This document shows positions 1 through 9,275 of a stretch of DNA of 39,149 nt, piece by piece (position 1 is the stretch's first letter; each line of letters opens with the position of its first letter). Location: NCBI GenBank assembly GCA_036822555.1, contig DAISHL010000001.1, positions 1 through 39,149 on the forward strand. Reading direction: 5' to 3'. This stretch comes from Bacteroidota bacterium (lineage in GTDB: Bacteria > Bacteroidota > Bacteroidia > B-17B0 > Aurantibacillaceae). The position numbers and the translations under genes were made by a program. The notes under the pieces were generated by a model. That model saw only the letters and a program-made list of their open reading frames with translations, was not told the origin of the DNA and searched no databases.

Positions 1-1
1 C

Positions 2-502
2 ATCAAAGGCAAAGGCCGCAGTTCAGCTATCTTTAATTCATTGATCAATTTAAAGGAAGGAGAAGGACTCCTGATAGAGACAAAAGACTGGCACCGCAAG
101 GCTGCGCCGAGTTCACTGGTACGATATATTGAAAAGAAGTATCAGATGAAATTCTCATTCGGAGCTTTGGCAAATGGCTCAGGATGGGCAGTTCAGCGAT
201 TACATGAAGTAAAGAAAGAAATAGTAAAGGCAGAGAAAGCGAGAGTATTACAACCGAAGGAAGACAATACAGACCGAATGCAGCTCAAATCAGAGTTAAC
301 CTTTTTCTATTTAGGAAGAATATCTTTCAATAAGATTGAGCGTATTGAAGAGACCATTAAAGCGGCTACACTTCATTTCTGGAAGTCAGATAAAAAACTA
401 TTAATGGAATTATTCTATGAGATCATTGAAGGACTTCAGAAACAAGGCCACATTGTTATTGAAAATGAAAAGACATATATCCCTTTGAAACAAACCTTCT
501 GA
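2..502 (+). CDS. Hypothetical protein, probably 5'-truncated by the window edge
   Basis: The frame of ORF 41..502 is open back to position 2 (IKGKGRSSAIFNSLINLKEGEG...). It ends in TGA 500-502, directly before a terminator hairpin. Confidence 0.7.
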   Translation: MKGKGRSSAIFNSLINLKEGEGLLIETKDWHRKAAPSSLVRYIEKKYQMKFSFGALANGSGWAVQRLHEVKKEIVKAEKARVLQPKEDNTDRMQLKSELTFFYLGRISFNKIERIEETIKAATLHFWKSDKKLLMELFYEIIEGLQKQGHIVIENEKTYIPLKQTF

Positions 503-506
503 AAAC

Positions 507-535
507 AAAAAAGGCCGCAAATCGCGGCCTTTTTT
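507..535. terminator. Bidirectional intrinsic terminator
   Basis: AAAAAA-GGCCGC-aaatc-GCGGCC-TTTTTT between convergent genes. Confidence 0.85.
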
Positions 536-538
536 AAT

Positions 539-1240
539 TTATGAATTCACCAGGAGTTTGAATCCTTTTCCATGAATATTGATGATCTCAACCTTGTTAT
601 CATCTTTCAGATACTTCCTTAGTTTAGCAATGTATACATCCATACTTCTGCCGTTGAAGTAATTATCGTCTTGCCAAATACTCTTTAATGCGAAGCCTCT
701 GTCAAGCACATCGTTCTTATGCACACAAAGCAAACGCAGCAATTGGCTTTCTTTTGTTGTAAGCTTTTGTTCGTTTGAACCGATCTGCAACAATTGCTTT
801 TCTGAATTAAAGGTGTAATTACCGATCTTAAAGTTCACCTCATCGCTGTCAGTTGAACGTGCCTTGTTTGTTCTTCTGAGAACAGCAGTAACACGTGCCA
901 AAAGCTCTTCCATGCTAAAAGGTTTGGTGATATAATCATCAGCGCCTGCATTGAAGCCCTCAATGGTGTCTTCTTTCATGCTTTTTGCCGTAAGGAAGAT
1001 GATCGGGGTGTTCTTATCCGTAAGTCGTATTTCTTTGGCAAGAGTAATGCCATCTTTAACAGGCATCATTACATCCAGTAAAAGCAAGTCATAACTGCCT
1101 TTAAAGAACACTTCAGAGCCCTTTAGCCCTTCTTCTGCAAGGTTTGTCTCAAAGCCCTTAGCGTCTAAATATTCCTGCAACAAAGGTCCCAAGCTTGGGT
1201 CGTCTTCTACAAGCAATATTCTGGTTTTAACATTTTCCAT
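539..1240 (-). CDS. rprY: OmpR-family response regulator, RprY type
   Basis: Receiver domain (LLVEDD, LLDVMMP, FLTAK, GADDYITKPF) plus winged helix with DNYFNGRSMDVYIAKLRK, typical of Bacteroidota RprY. Confidence 0.9.
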   Translation of the reverse strand: MENVKTRILLVEDDPSLGPLLQEYLDAKGFETNLAEEGLKGSEVFFKGSYDLLLLDVMMPVKDGITLAKEIRLTDKNTPIIFLTAKSMKEDTIEGFNAGADDYITKPFSMEELLARVTAVLRRTNKARSTDSDEVNFKIGNYTFNSEKQLLQIGSNEQKLTTKESQLLRLLCVHKNDVLDRGFALKSIWQDDNYFNGRSMDVYIAKLRKYLKDDNKVEIINIHGKGFKLLVNS

Positions 1241-1299
1241 AATCCCTAATTGTTAAATTTTAACTAAAGATAATCAGAAAACGTGCCAAATTTTAACAT

Positions 1300-2859
1300 T
1301 TAACATTTATTTTCAAACGGGATCGTGATTATGAAAGTGCTTCCTTTGTCCAGTTCACTTTGCACTTCAACAAGGCCTCCGTGTTTTTCCACCACCGCCA
1401 AAACATAGGACAAACCAAGGCCAAAGCCCTTTACATTATGCACATTGCCTGTAGGTACACGGTAAAATTTATCAAAGATCTTCTTTTGGTTCTCCTTACT
1501 GATCCCAATACCGTTGTCCTTTACAGAAATACGAATGCTGTGGTCCACATTCTCCGTTCTTACATGAATGGCCGGTATATCTGTGGTGTATTTAATGGCA
1601 TTGTCAATGAGGTTGAATACAATATTGGTAAGGTGAACCTTGTCTGCCATCAGTTTATGATTTTGCGCCAATAATGTGGTTGTAATAGAACCACCTCTTT
1701 GGCTGATCAACAGCTGGGTATTGTTGATGGCGGTATTGATGATCTCGTGAATGTCTATTTCAGTCAGTTTTAGTTTGAACTCACCTTTGTCTAGAATTGA
1801 TGTTTGCAGTATGCTTTCTACCAGAACACTTAAGCGTTTGTTCTCATCGCGGATCATCTTAAGGTATCTGCTTTGTTTTTCAGGGGTTTGACTGATGCTT
1901 GCATCACTTAGCATTTCACTGGCCAATGAAATAGTGCTGATAGGCGTTTTAAACTCATGCGTCATGTTGCTGATAAAGTCGTTCTTAATGGTAGACAGTT
2001 TCTTTTGTTTGAGATTGGAGGCAAGGATGTAATAGAACGAGAACACAAAAACCAATATCACAAAGCCTGAAATGATCAGCAGTGGAAAGATGTCTTTAAA
2101 AATATCCTTTTGTTGATTAGGGAAGTGAAGGATAAGGTATTTGGGATCGATGAAACTGTTGTTCGGCGAAAGCGAGATCTTGTAATGAACACCCAATGAA
2201 TCTATGTCTACCTCAGCGAATTTAAGATCCGTTTGATTTGTACTACCTGGATTTAAACTAGTAATGTAATAATTGTAACGGGCATTCACACCCTTGTGTC
2301 TTAACTCATGTTTCAAAATCGAATCAAGCATTACCGTATCGATCTTTTGTTTAAAGTTTCTGTAGGAGTCAAGAAAATACTCTTCCTTAAAAAAGTCATT
2401 GCCGGCCTTTGTGGTATTCACCAGATCATTAAAATCGGTCATTAAGTTGCCTTTGCTCGACTTAATACTGCTAAGAAAAGCGGAAAAATACGGATTGAGT
2501 TTTAATGAATCGGCAATGATATCCTTGGATGTGAATCTACTGGTTTTTCTGCCGGCACTGTCAATGGTGAGTTCTTCAGAGAATCGGAAGCTGGGCGAAT
2601 TGCTTGACTTCCCGTTAAGTAAAGGCGAATTGATCTTAATACCCTGGCGCTTGATGCTTGTGCGCATGAACACATTATTGCTTGTATCCAGCTTATCGAG
2701 TTTTTGTGCCGTTAAATTGAGTGCTTCATTCACTTTTTGTTCAAACTCTTCTTCTTTCACCTTGAAGTCACTCTTGATCCAATAGATCTGAATAAGCACC
2801 AATGTTGTTAATGCAACAGAGAAAAGTACGGTAATAAATATCAGTTGCTTTCTTGTCAT
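1300..2859 (-). CDS. rprX: Membrane sensor histidine kinase, RprX type
   Basis: Two TM segments, H-box DFISNMTHEFKTP, N-box NLIDNAIKY, G-boxes DNGIGI and HNVKGFGLGL. Lies directly upstream of rprY. Confidence 0.88.
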   Translation of the reverse strand: MTRKQLIFITVLFSVALTTLVLIQIYWIKSDFKVKEEEFEQKVNEALNLTAQKLDKLDTSNNVFMRTSIKRQGIKINSPLLNGKSSNSPSFRFSEELTIDSAGRKTSRFTSKDIIADSLKLNPYFSAFLSSIKSSKGNLMTDFNDLVNTTKAGNDFFKEEYFLDSYRNFKQKIDTVMLDSILKHELRHKGVNARYNYYITSLNPGSTNQTDLKFAEVDIDSLGVHYKISLSPNNSFIDPKYLILHFPNQQKDIFKDIFPLLIISGFVILVFVFSFYYILASNLKQKKLSTIKNDFISNMTHEFKTPISTISLASEMLSDASISQTPEKQSRYLKMIRDENKRLSVLVESILQTSILDKGEFKLKLTEIDIHEIINTAINNTQLLISQRGGSITTTLLAQNHKLMADKVHLTNIVFNLIDNAIKYTTDIPAIHVRTENVDHSIRISVKDNGIGISKENQKKIFDKFYRVPTGNVHNVKGFGLGLSYVLAVVEKHGGLVEVQSELDKGSTFIITIPFENKC

Positions 2860-2866
2860 GCAGATC

Positions 2867-2874
2867 CAAAGATA
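2867..2874 (-). promoter_or_regulatory. Bacteroidota -7 promoter element (TATCTTTG) for rprX
   Basis: Matches TAnnTTTG, 7 nt upstream of the ATG. Confidence 0.6.
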
Positions 2875-2913
2875 ATGGATAAACGCAAGTAAGGAGCTTA
2901 AAAAATACTAAAA

Positions 2914-3759
2914 TCAGGAAGCGTTCACCACCTTGTTTCTCAACCTTGTTACAGCCTCATCGGCCGGAGCAATGGTTTCATAGGTGTAACGGATATCCTT
3001 CTGCATGATGATATCACTCATAATGCCGGATATTGTGGTTAGATCATTAAGAACGACAATAGATTCCTGACATAAATTGTTTTGACAAAGCAGAAAAATG
3101 ATGTTGTCAAGGGAATCTTTATGCTTGATGATGGCTTTTACAATGCCCTCAGAAGGTGTTTTTTGAGCGATCTTGCATGAAGTATAAAAACCTTCGATCC
3201 AAACGCCTGCAATGATCAATGAGGATGTTGCCGGCCTGTTGCTCACTTTTAAAATAGAATCTGCCTGCTTAAAGGCAACAGTGATGATCTGCAAGGTTGA
3301 ATCTTTATTGTCTCTTTGTGTATCCATGCGATCGAACATGGTTTGATCAAAAGCCTTGTTCACACCGAGCTTTTGCGACAATGAATTCACACATTTCAAA
3401 AACAACAAACTCTCCTGCGTTTGTTCAAAAACACCTGCAACACTTAGGTCAGAGCCATACACACCAAGATTCAAGGCAATATATAATTCTGTGTTATAGT
3501 TCTTTACATTTTCAGGATTATTGAGGATCTCAGGATCGTATTCAAGCTTGTTCTCATCCATCAATTTCAGCAGCTCTTTGCGGTCGGGCAATGAGTTGAA
3601 AACATTCTCGGCATTATGTTTGGTCTTTTGAACAGCTTTAGAAATACTGTCAGAAAGGTCCATCGAAAGATCTTCCTGTTTTTCGCCATTCTGACATGAG
3701 TTAAAAACAAGAAGGCCAAGTAAAAGGACCCCAAAAAAACCAAACGCTAATCTTTTCAT
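2914..3759 (-). CDS. Hypothetical lipoprotein
   Basis: MKRLAFGFFGVLLLGLLVFNS-C signal/lipobox and ALNLGVYGSDL motif. Start moved to ATG 3759 because a TACCTTTG -7 element (3768-3775) overlaps the ORF-track GTG. Confidence 0.75.
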   Translation of the reverse strand: MKRLAFGFFGVLLLGLLVFNSCQNGEKQEDLSMDLSDSISKAVQKTKHNAENVFNSLPDRKELLKLMDENKLEYDPEILNNPENVKNYNTELYIALNLGVYGSDLSVAGVFEQTQESLLFLKCVNSLSQKLGVNKAFDQTMFDRMDTQRDNKDSTLQIITVAFKQADSILKVSNRPATSSLIIAGVWIEGFYTSCKIAQKTPSEGIVKAIIKHKDSLDNIIFLLCQNNLCQESIVVLNDLTTISGIMSDIIMQKDIRYTYETIAPADEAVTRLRNKVVNAS

Positions 3760-3783
3760 AGTTATCACAAAGGTAATTAAATT

Positions 3784-5517
3784 TTATTTTCTAACTCCAT
3801 GGTCATACCGTATCCGGCTAATTTCTTTTCCGTTCTTATCGTAAAATATCCATTCGCCATGAGCAACGCTTTGCACCTTGCCTTTGCGCATGTCCTTCAC
3901 CAGAGCATAACTGGTAATGCTTTGTAGTTTCGCATTTGTGTAGTAACTGTAACATGTACCACTTAGCTTGCCATTTTTAAAATGCTGAATTTTATTGATG
4001 CCACCTGTTTCATAGAAATATTTCCATTCACCATGTTGATGCCCTTTTTTGTATTTGCCCTGTGTGTCAACAAAATTCCCGCGTTCAAACCATTGTTTAT
4101 AGGCCCCGTGTTTGATGCCGTTCACATAACTGCATTCTTCGCGCGGCGTTCCATTCTCATGCCAATACATCCATTTGCCGCTTTTTTTACCCTTAGAGTT
4201 GTATTTGCCGGCATAGTTTGGTTTACTATTGGAATGCCAACCTTTCCAATCGCCTGTCATAATGCCTGAAGTAAAAGTGCCTTCATCTTTGTTCTTTCCG
4301 TTATCCCACCAACTTTTCCATACACCATGTTCTTTGCCGTTCACATAGTCACCTTCCTGTAATTTCTTTCCGTTCTCGAACCAGGTCGTCCATGTTCCTG
4401 TTTTTACATCGTTATCGTAATTGCCTTGTCTCCATAATTGCCCGCCACGGTAGTAATACATCCAGGTGCCGATCTTCTTATCGTTCCTGAAATTTCCTTC
4501 GTATTCTATCTTTCCGTTGTTGTAGTAATAGGTCCATTTATCTTCTCTGATATCGTTCACCAGAGTGCCTATCATTTCAGGCTTTCCTTCGGGTGTGTAG
4601 AATTTCCAAACACCGTTTTTCTTTCCATCCGTAAAGTTCCCTTCACTTTTAACGTGATGGTTCGGATAATAGCTCGAGTAGTACCCGTTCAAAATGCCAT
4701 TCACATAAACTGCCTCATAATCTAACTCGCCGTTGGCATGAAAGAAACGCCAGGTGCCATCCTGTAAGCCGTCCTTATAGCTTCCCATGGCCTTAATGAT
4801 GCCATTGTCATACGTTGCAGTTAAACTACCGTTGCCGTTTGTTACAAGTTGTTTTCCTTTGCTGTCCCATAAATTGATGAGGTAGGCAACACTGTCTTTG
4901 TAGATCTTATCGAATTTAGGCGTATTGTTCTCGTACACTTCTGACCATGTACCGCAAGGTTTGCCTGCACAAAAGTCCTGCGTTCCTTTCATTTTCCCGT
5001 CTTTGTAATACAAAAAGACACGACCCTCTTTCTTGTCCTTTTCAAAATTGCCTTTGCTTTCTATCTGCCCGTTATCATAGTAATAGATCCATTCACCCTC
5101 TTTCTTCCCATTCACAAAACTTTCAATGCTTTTGGTCTTCCCGTTTTCGTAGTATGCTGTCCAGCTGCTATCGGGCAAATTATTAGTGAACTTTGTGATC
5201 TGTGCCGTTTGACCGTTCTTGTATTTGTATACATTGGTGCCCCATTTCTTGCCCTTTAAGAATCTTTCTAATGCCTTCAGTGATCCGTCCTCGTAATAAA
5301 CAAACCAGGTGCTGTCTTCCTTGCCATAGTTATAGAATCCTTTACGGCTTAGCTTTCCGGACTTGTAATATTCAAAGAATGCGCCGTGCGGCATGCCCTT
5401 GTAGTAATCTGTTTCTGATTTTAGCTGGGTTTGTTCGTGGTCGTAATACTCTTTTTTTAACTGGGCCGTTGAGGCCACAACCAGGAACAGGAACAAGATA
5501 GAAACACGTATGCGCAT
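3784..5517 (-). CDS. Exported MORN-variant repeat protein (YwqK-like annotation family)
   Basis: About 20 tandem G.W..YY.NG....EG.F..GK repeats. Signal peptide MRIRVSILFLFLVVASTAQ begins at ATG 5517. Confidence 0.85.
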   Translation of the reverse strand: MRIRVSILFLFLVVASTAQLKKEYYDHEQTQLKSETDYYKGMPHGAFFEYYKSGKLSRKGFYNYGKEDSTWFVYYEDGSLKALERFLKGKKWGTNVYKYKNGQTAQITKFTNNLPDSSWTAYYENGKTKSIESFVNGKKEGEWIYYYDNGQIESKGNFEKDKKEGRVFLYYKDGKMKGTQDFCAGKPCGTWSEVYENNTPKFDKIYKDSVAYLINLWDSKGKQLVTNGNGSLTATYDNGIIKAMGSYKDGLQDGTWRFFHANGELDYEAVYVNGILNGYYSSYYPNHHVKSEGNFTDGKKNGVWKFYTPEGKPEMIGTLVNDIREDKWTYYYNNGKIEYEGNFRNDKKIGTWMYYYRGGQLWRQGNYDNDVKTGTWTTWFENGKKLQEGDYVNGKEHGVWKSWWDNGKNKDEGTFTSGIMTGDWKGWHSNSKPNYAGKYNSKGKKSGKWMYWHENGTPREECSYVNGIKHGAYKQWFERGNFVDTQGKYKKGHQHGEWKYFYETGGINKIQHFKNGKLSGTCYSYYTNAKLQSITSYALVKDMRKGKVQSVAHGEWIFYDKNGKEISRIRYDHGVRK

Positions 5518-5598
5518 GGTATAAAAATAAGAGAGATAACGCCAGAGGACGCCATTAGTTACAAATGTTGTGAACAGGAGACGGTTATTATTGGGCAT

Positions 5599-5630
5599 AA
5601 AAAAAGGAGACTGCTGAGGTCTCCTTTTTT
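5599..5630. terminator. Intrinsic terminator downstream of tig
   Basis: A7-GGAGAC-7 nt loop-GTCTCC-T6. Confidence 0.85.
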
Positions 5631-5645
5631 AAGGTTTTGTACAAA

Positions 5646-6986
5646 TTAATTATTCTTGAAGAACTCATCGTAACTCACTTCTTTTGTGTTAAGTGAGCAA
5701 TTATTCTTGATCAGATCAAGAACCTTACGCGTGTAAATATTCTCATAGATCTTTTGAGCTTCTTTTTCTTTACTAAGTATACTGTGGGTGATCTTGTTCA
5801 GATCTTCTTCAGTAGGTGATTGCCCATATTTTGCGTATTCAGAGCGAATGAATGCTTTTGCTTCTTCTGAGGCCTCTTCGGCATTTACAACCACATTGTT
5901 ATTTTTGATGATCTTGTTCTCAATGAGTTTCCATTGCATTGAGCGCGCGTACATTGGATACTCCTTATCAAGTTGTTCTTGCGTGATCGGTTTTTCGTTC
6001 ACGGCCATTAACCAACGCTTCAAGAAATCATCCGGTAAACTTAAGTTGTATTTGTCAACCAATGTTTTTTCAATTTCCTGTTGAAGGAATCTGTCAGCAT
6101 CCACGTTGAACATCAGGCCTAATTCATGCTTGATCTTATCTCTGAATTCTGCTTCAGTTGTTACAACACCAGGACCGTAGATCTTATCGAAAAGATCCTG
6201 ATCAAGGTCTGCGTCTTCCAAGCGGGCAATGTTCTTTACGGTTAACTGAAGGTTAGCTTTGAAGCCTTCTGCAGCGTCCTTGTCTATTCCAAGTGAAACA
6301 CTTTTGTCAAGAGCATTTTCGTAAAGATCATTTGCATTGATCACGATCTTATCTTCTTTTTTTGCACCTAATAATTTAGACTTAGCAGATTCGTTCTTTA
6401 AACGCTCAATGCCAATGCTTGTGCTTTTGAATACTCCGCCCGGTTTGATGGCGCCGGTTTCATCCAACTCGTTAATGTCCACAAAAAGCACATCTTTTTC
6501 AGAGGCCGTTTCCGGGTTAACAGGTTTTCCGTAATTCCTTCTAACATCCTTCACATACTTATCTACCAGCTCCTCGTCGATCTTTACGGTTTTATAATTG
6601 AACGAAAGATCCTTTCCTAATTTCACATCAAAATTTGGAGCAAGTCCTATTTGGTAAGTGAACTCGAAATTCTTCTGATTCTCAAAATCTACCGGAGTTT
6701 CTTGTTTTGGTAGAGGGTTGCCAAGGATATCTAGCTTATTATCTTCAATGAATTTATAAATGGATTCATTAAGAAGCTTGTTGATCTCGTCAACCATGAT
6801 CTGCGTACCATATTGTTTTTTGATCAAACCTTCAGGCACTTTACCTTGTCTGAAACCAGGCATAGCGGCCTGTTTTTGTACCTTTTTAATGCCTTCTTTA
6901 ACCTTTGGCTCATAATCTTCCGGAGTTACCGAAATAACAATCTCAGCATTCAGGGTATCGATCTCTTTCTTAGTGATATTCATCAT
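5646..6986 (-). CDS. tig: Trigger factor (Bacteroidota type)
   Basis: Ribosome-binding signature MPGFRQGKVP, ILGNPLP, 446 aa. Confidence 0.93.
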   Translation of the reverse strand: MMNITKKEIDTLNAEIVISVTPEDYEPKVKEGIKKVQKQAAMPGFRQGKVPEGLIKKQYGTQIMVDEINKLLNESIYKFIEDNKLDILGNPLPKQETPVDFENQKNFEFTYQIGLAPNFDVKLGKDLSFNYKTVKIDEELVDKYVKDVRRNYGKPVNPETASEKDVLFVDINELDETGAIKPGGVFKSTSIGIERLKNESAKSKLLGAKKEDKIVINANDLYENALDKSVSLGIDKDAAEGFKANLQLTVKNIARLEDADLDQDLFDKIYGPGVVTTEAEFRDKIKHELGLMFNVDADRFLQQEIEKTLVDKYNLSLPDDFLKRWLMAVNEKPITQEQLDKEYPMYARSMQWKLIENKIIKNNNVVVNAEEASEEAKAFIRSEYAKYGQSPTEEDLNKITHSILSKEKEAQKIYENIYTRKVLDLIKNNCSLNTKEVSYDEFFKNN

Positions 6987-7005
6987 TTTAATTTTAATTG
7001 GGCAG

Positions 7006-7013
7006 CAAAAATA
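7006..7013 (-). promoter_or_regulatory. -7 promoter element (TATTTTTG) for tig
   Basis: Matches TAnnTTTG about 20 nt upstream of the start. Confidence 0.6.
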
Positions 7014-7029
7014 GTGATTTTTTACAAAT

Positions 7030-7063
7030 AAAAAGCCTGTCAGGGGTTAAGTTGACAGGCTTT
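7030..7063 (-). terminator. Intrinsic terminator
   Basis: GCCTGTCA/TGACAGGC stem with a U-tract on the minus strand, after the 7082 gene. Confidence 0.75.
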
Positions 7064-7081
7064 GGAACTTTAATTCAGAAA

Positions 7082-7528
7082 TTAGTCGTCGGTTGGTTCC
7101 GGCGCTGCAATAGGCTTGGCTTTCTTAGCTTTTAAACTGTTTGGCCACAGAACATTGATAATTTCGTTGTGTGCAGTGATCATGGCCTTACTGATGCCAT
7201 TAATTATGGTCACATTCTCGTTCGATTTGTTCTTCCAGGTACGCTTAACCTCTTCGTAAGTGCCATCACTTAACAAGGTATAACATTTTACTACTTTTCC
7301 CTTCAGAACTTCTGCCTTTCCGCTGTTACAAACAGCCTTGCTTCCTATACGGCTGCTAATGATCACATCAGTATATACTCCGTCTTTGATCTCTTCGGCC
7401 CCACGCTCTTCAAACTTAATGGCCCATTTGTTGTAACAACTCAGGCCTGCCTTTTCGGTGCTTTTTTGTGCGTTTGAAACGGTAATACCACCAAACAGAA
7501 CACAACCAATCAACACTAATTTTTTCAT
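7082..7528 (-). CDS. Hypothetical secreted protein
   Basis: Likely start MKKLVLIGCVLFGGITVSNAQ (signal peptide) at ATG 7528. The longer ORF-track extension runs through AT-rich intergenic DNA. Confidence 0.7.
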   Translation of the reverse strand: MKKLVLIGCVLFGGITVSNAQKSTEKAGLSCYNKWAIKFEERGAEEIKDGVYTDVIISSRIGSKAVCNSGKAEVLKGKVVKCYTLLSDGTYEEVKRTWKNKSNENVTIINGISKAMITAHNEIINVLWPNSLKAKKAKPIAAPEPTDD

Positions 7529-7730
7529 ACAAATCATGTAATAAGAGTTTAAATATAGAAAAAACAAGTGTAAAAATCCAAATAAAAATAATTTTAACGA
7601 TGCGGCCTTATTTAATACGTAAGTATTAAATACACTCTGTGAATGACTTGGCCTAACCAAGAATGCTATAAATTATGGCAAGCCTTTGATATTTTATGTA
7701 GTTATTTTGCCGGCCTAAAAACATAACGCA

Positions 7731-9275
7731 ATGCTAATTAAAACATTTGGGTACACGGTTCACGGCATTAATGCCACTATGGTTACGGTAGAGGTAAACA
7801 TGACGCAGGGAATAAATTTCTATTTGGTTGGTTTGCCGGATAATGCCGTAAAGGAGAGTCAGCAAAGGATCAGCGCGGCCCTTAAGAACAATGGATATAA
7901 GATGCCCGGGAAGCAGATCACCGTGAATATGGCACCTGCCGACATTCGCAAAGAAGGATCTGCCTATGACCTTACAATTGCCATTGGCATACTGGCCGCT
8001 TCGGAACAAATACAATGCGAAACAGTGAGCGATTATGTGATCATGGGTGAAATGGCCCTTGATGGCGAGATCAGGCCAATACGGGGAGCATTGCCAATAG
8101 CCATAAAAGCAAAACAAGACGGATTCAAAGGCATCCTTTTGCCGGCACAAAACGCCATGGAAGCAGCCGTGGTCAACGGATTGGATGTTTATCCTGTCAC
8201 AAATCTCTCGGAGGTGATACACTTCTTCAATGCCGGACCCGAGATGCCTCAGAAGCTGAACCTCAACATTCAGGATGCATTTTTGAACAGTACAGAAGAG
8301 ATCGATCATGACTTTGCGGATGTGAAAGGCCAGGAAAGCATTAAGCGTTCTCTTGAAATAGCTGCAGCAGGTGGCCACAATCTGATCCTGATAGGCCCTC
8401 CGGGTGCGGGCAAAACCATGTTAAGCAAACGATTACCTTCTATATTACCGCCTCTCACCATTGATGAGGCACTTGAAACCACCAAGATACACAGTGTGGC
8501 CGGCCGTTCATCCAAAGGCACCATAGGTTTGGTAACACAACGGCCATTTAGAAATCCTCATCACACCATCAGCGATGTGGCCCTTGTTGGTGGCGGCAAT
8601 AATCCTCAACCAGGAGAAATTTCTCTGGCGCATAATGGTGTTTTGTTTTTGGATGAATTGCCTGAATTCAAACGCACCGTGCTTGAAGTAATGCGCCAGC
8701 CTTTGGAAGACAGGATCGTTAGTATCAGCAGGGCAAAATTCAGCGTTGAGTATCCTGCAAGCTTTATGTTGGTGGCCAGCATGAATCCTTGTCCCTGCGG
8801 GTTTTACAATCATCCGGAGAAAGAATGTGTATGCTCGCCGGGTGTGGTGCAAAAATATCTGAATAAAATATCAGGACCCTTGCTCGACCGAATTGATCTG
8901 CATGTGGAGGTCACGCCTGTTTCTTTCAATGAACTGAACACTAAACAAAGATCAGAGGGCAGCAAAAGTATTCGTGAACGTGTGATCAAAGCAAGGGAGA
9001 TACAAACACTGCGTTTTCTGGGGAACAATGGCATTCATTGCAATGCGCAAATGCGGGCCAAAGAGCTCAAGGACTATTGCCAGCTGGATGAATCCGGGAC
9101 CGCCCTTTTAAAGAATGCCATGGAACGTCTTGGTCTTTCGGCCAGGGCCTATGACAGAATATTGAAGGTGGCACGAACGATCGCTGATCTTGATAGCGAA
9201 TCAAAGATCCAGACACAGCATGTTGCAGAGGCAATTCAGTTCAGGAGTTTAGACAGGGATAATTGGGCGGGATAA
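7731..9275 (+). CDS. comM: YifB/ComM Mg-chelatase-like AAA+ ATPase
   Basis: [12 protein letters not shown], Walker [53 protein letters not shown]. Confidence 0.92.
   Translation: MLIKTFGYTVHGINATMVTVEVNMTQGINFYLVGLPDNAVKESQQRISAALKNNGYKMPGKQITVNMAPADIRKEGSAYDLTIAIGILAASEQIQCETVSDYVIMGEMALDGEIRPIRGALPIAIKAKQDGFKGILLPAQNAMEAAVVNGLDVYPVTNLSEVIHFFNAGPEMPQKLNLNIQDAFLNSTEEIDHDFADVKGQESIKRSLEIAAAGGHNLILIGPPGAGKTMLSKRLPSILPPLTIDEALETTKIHSVAGRSSKGTIGLVTQRPFRNPHHTISDVALVGGGNNPQPGEISLAHNGVLFLDELPEFKRTVLEVMRQPLEDRIVSISRAKFSVEYPASFMLVASMNPCPCGFYNHPEKECVCSPGVVQKYLNKISGPLLDRIDLHVEVTPVSFNELNTKQRSEGSKSIRERVIKAREIQTLRFLGNNGIHCNAQMRAKELKDYCQLDESGTALLKNAMERLGLSARAYDRILKVARTIADLDSESKIQTQHVAEAIQFRSLDRDNWAG

Noticed and set aside
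3784..5517. Toxin-antitoxin system implied by the YwqK-like label
   Set aside because: No adjacent toxin gene, and the protein is a long exported repeat protein.
7609..7632. dif site
   Set aside because: The spacer is 4 nt rather than 6, and there is no good TTATGTTAAAT XerD arm.
7731..9275. Mobile element inserted in comM (a known integration hotspot)
   Set aside because: The gene is intact, with no integrase or att-like repeats.
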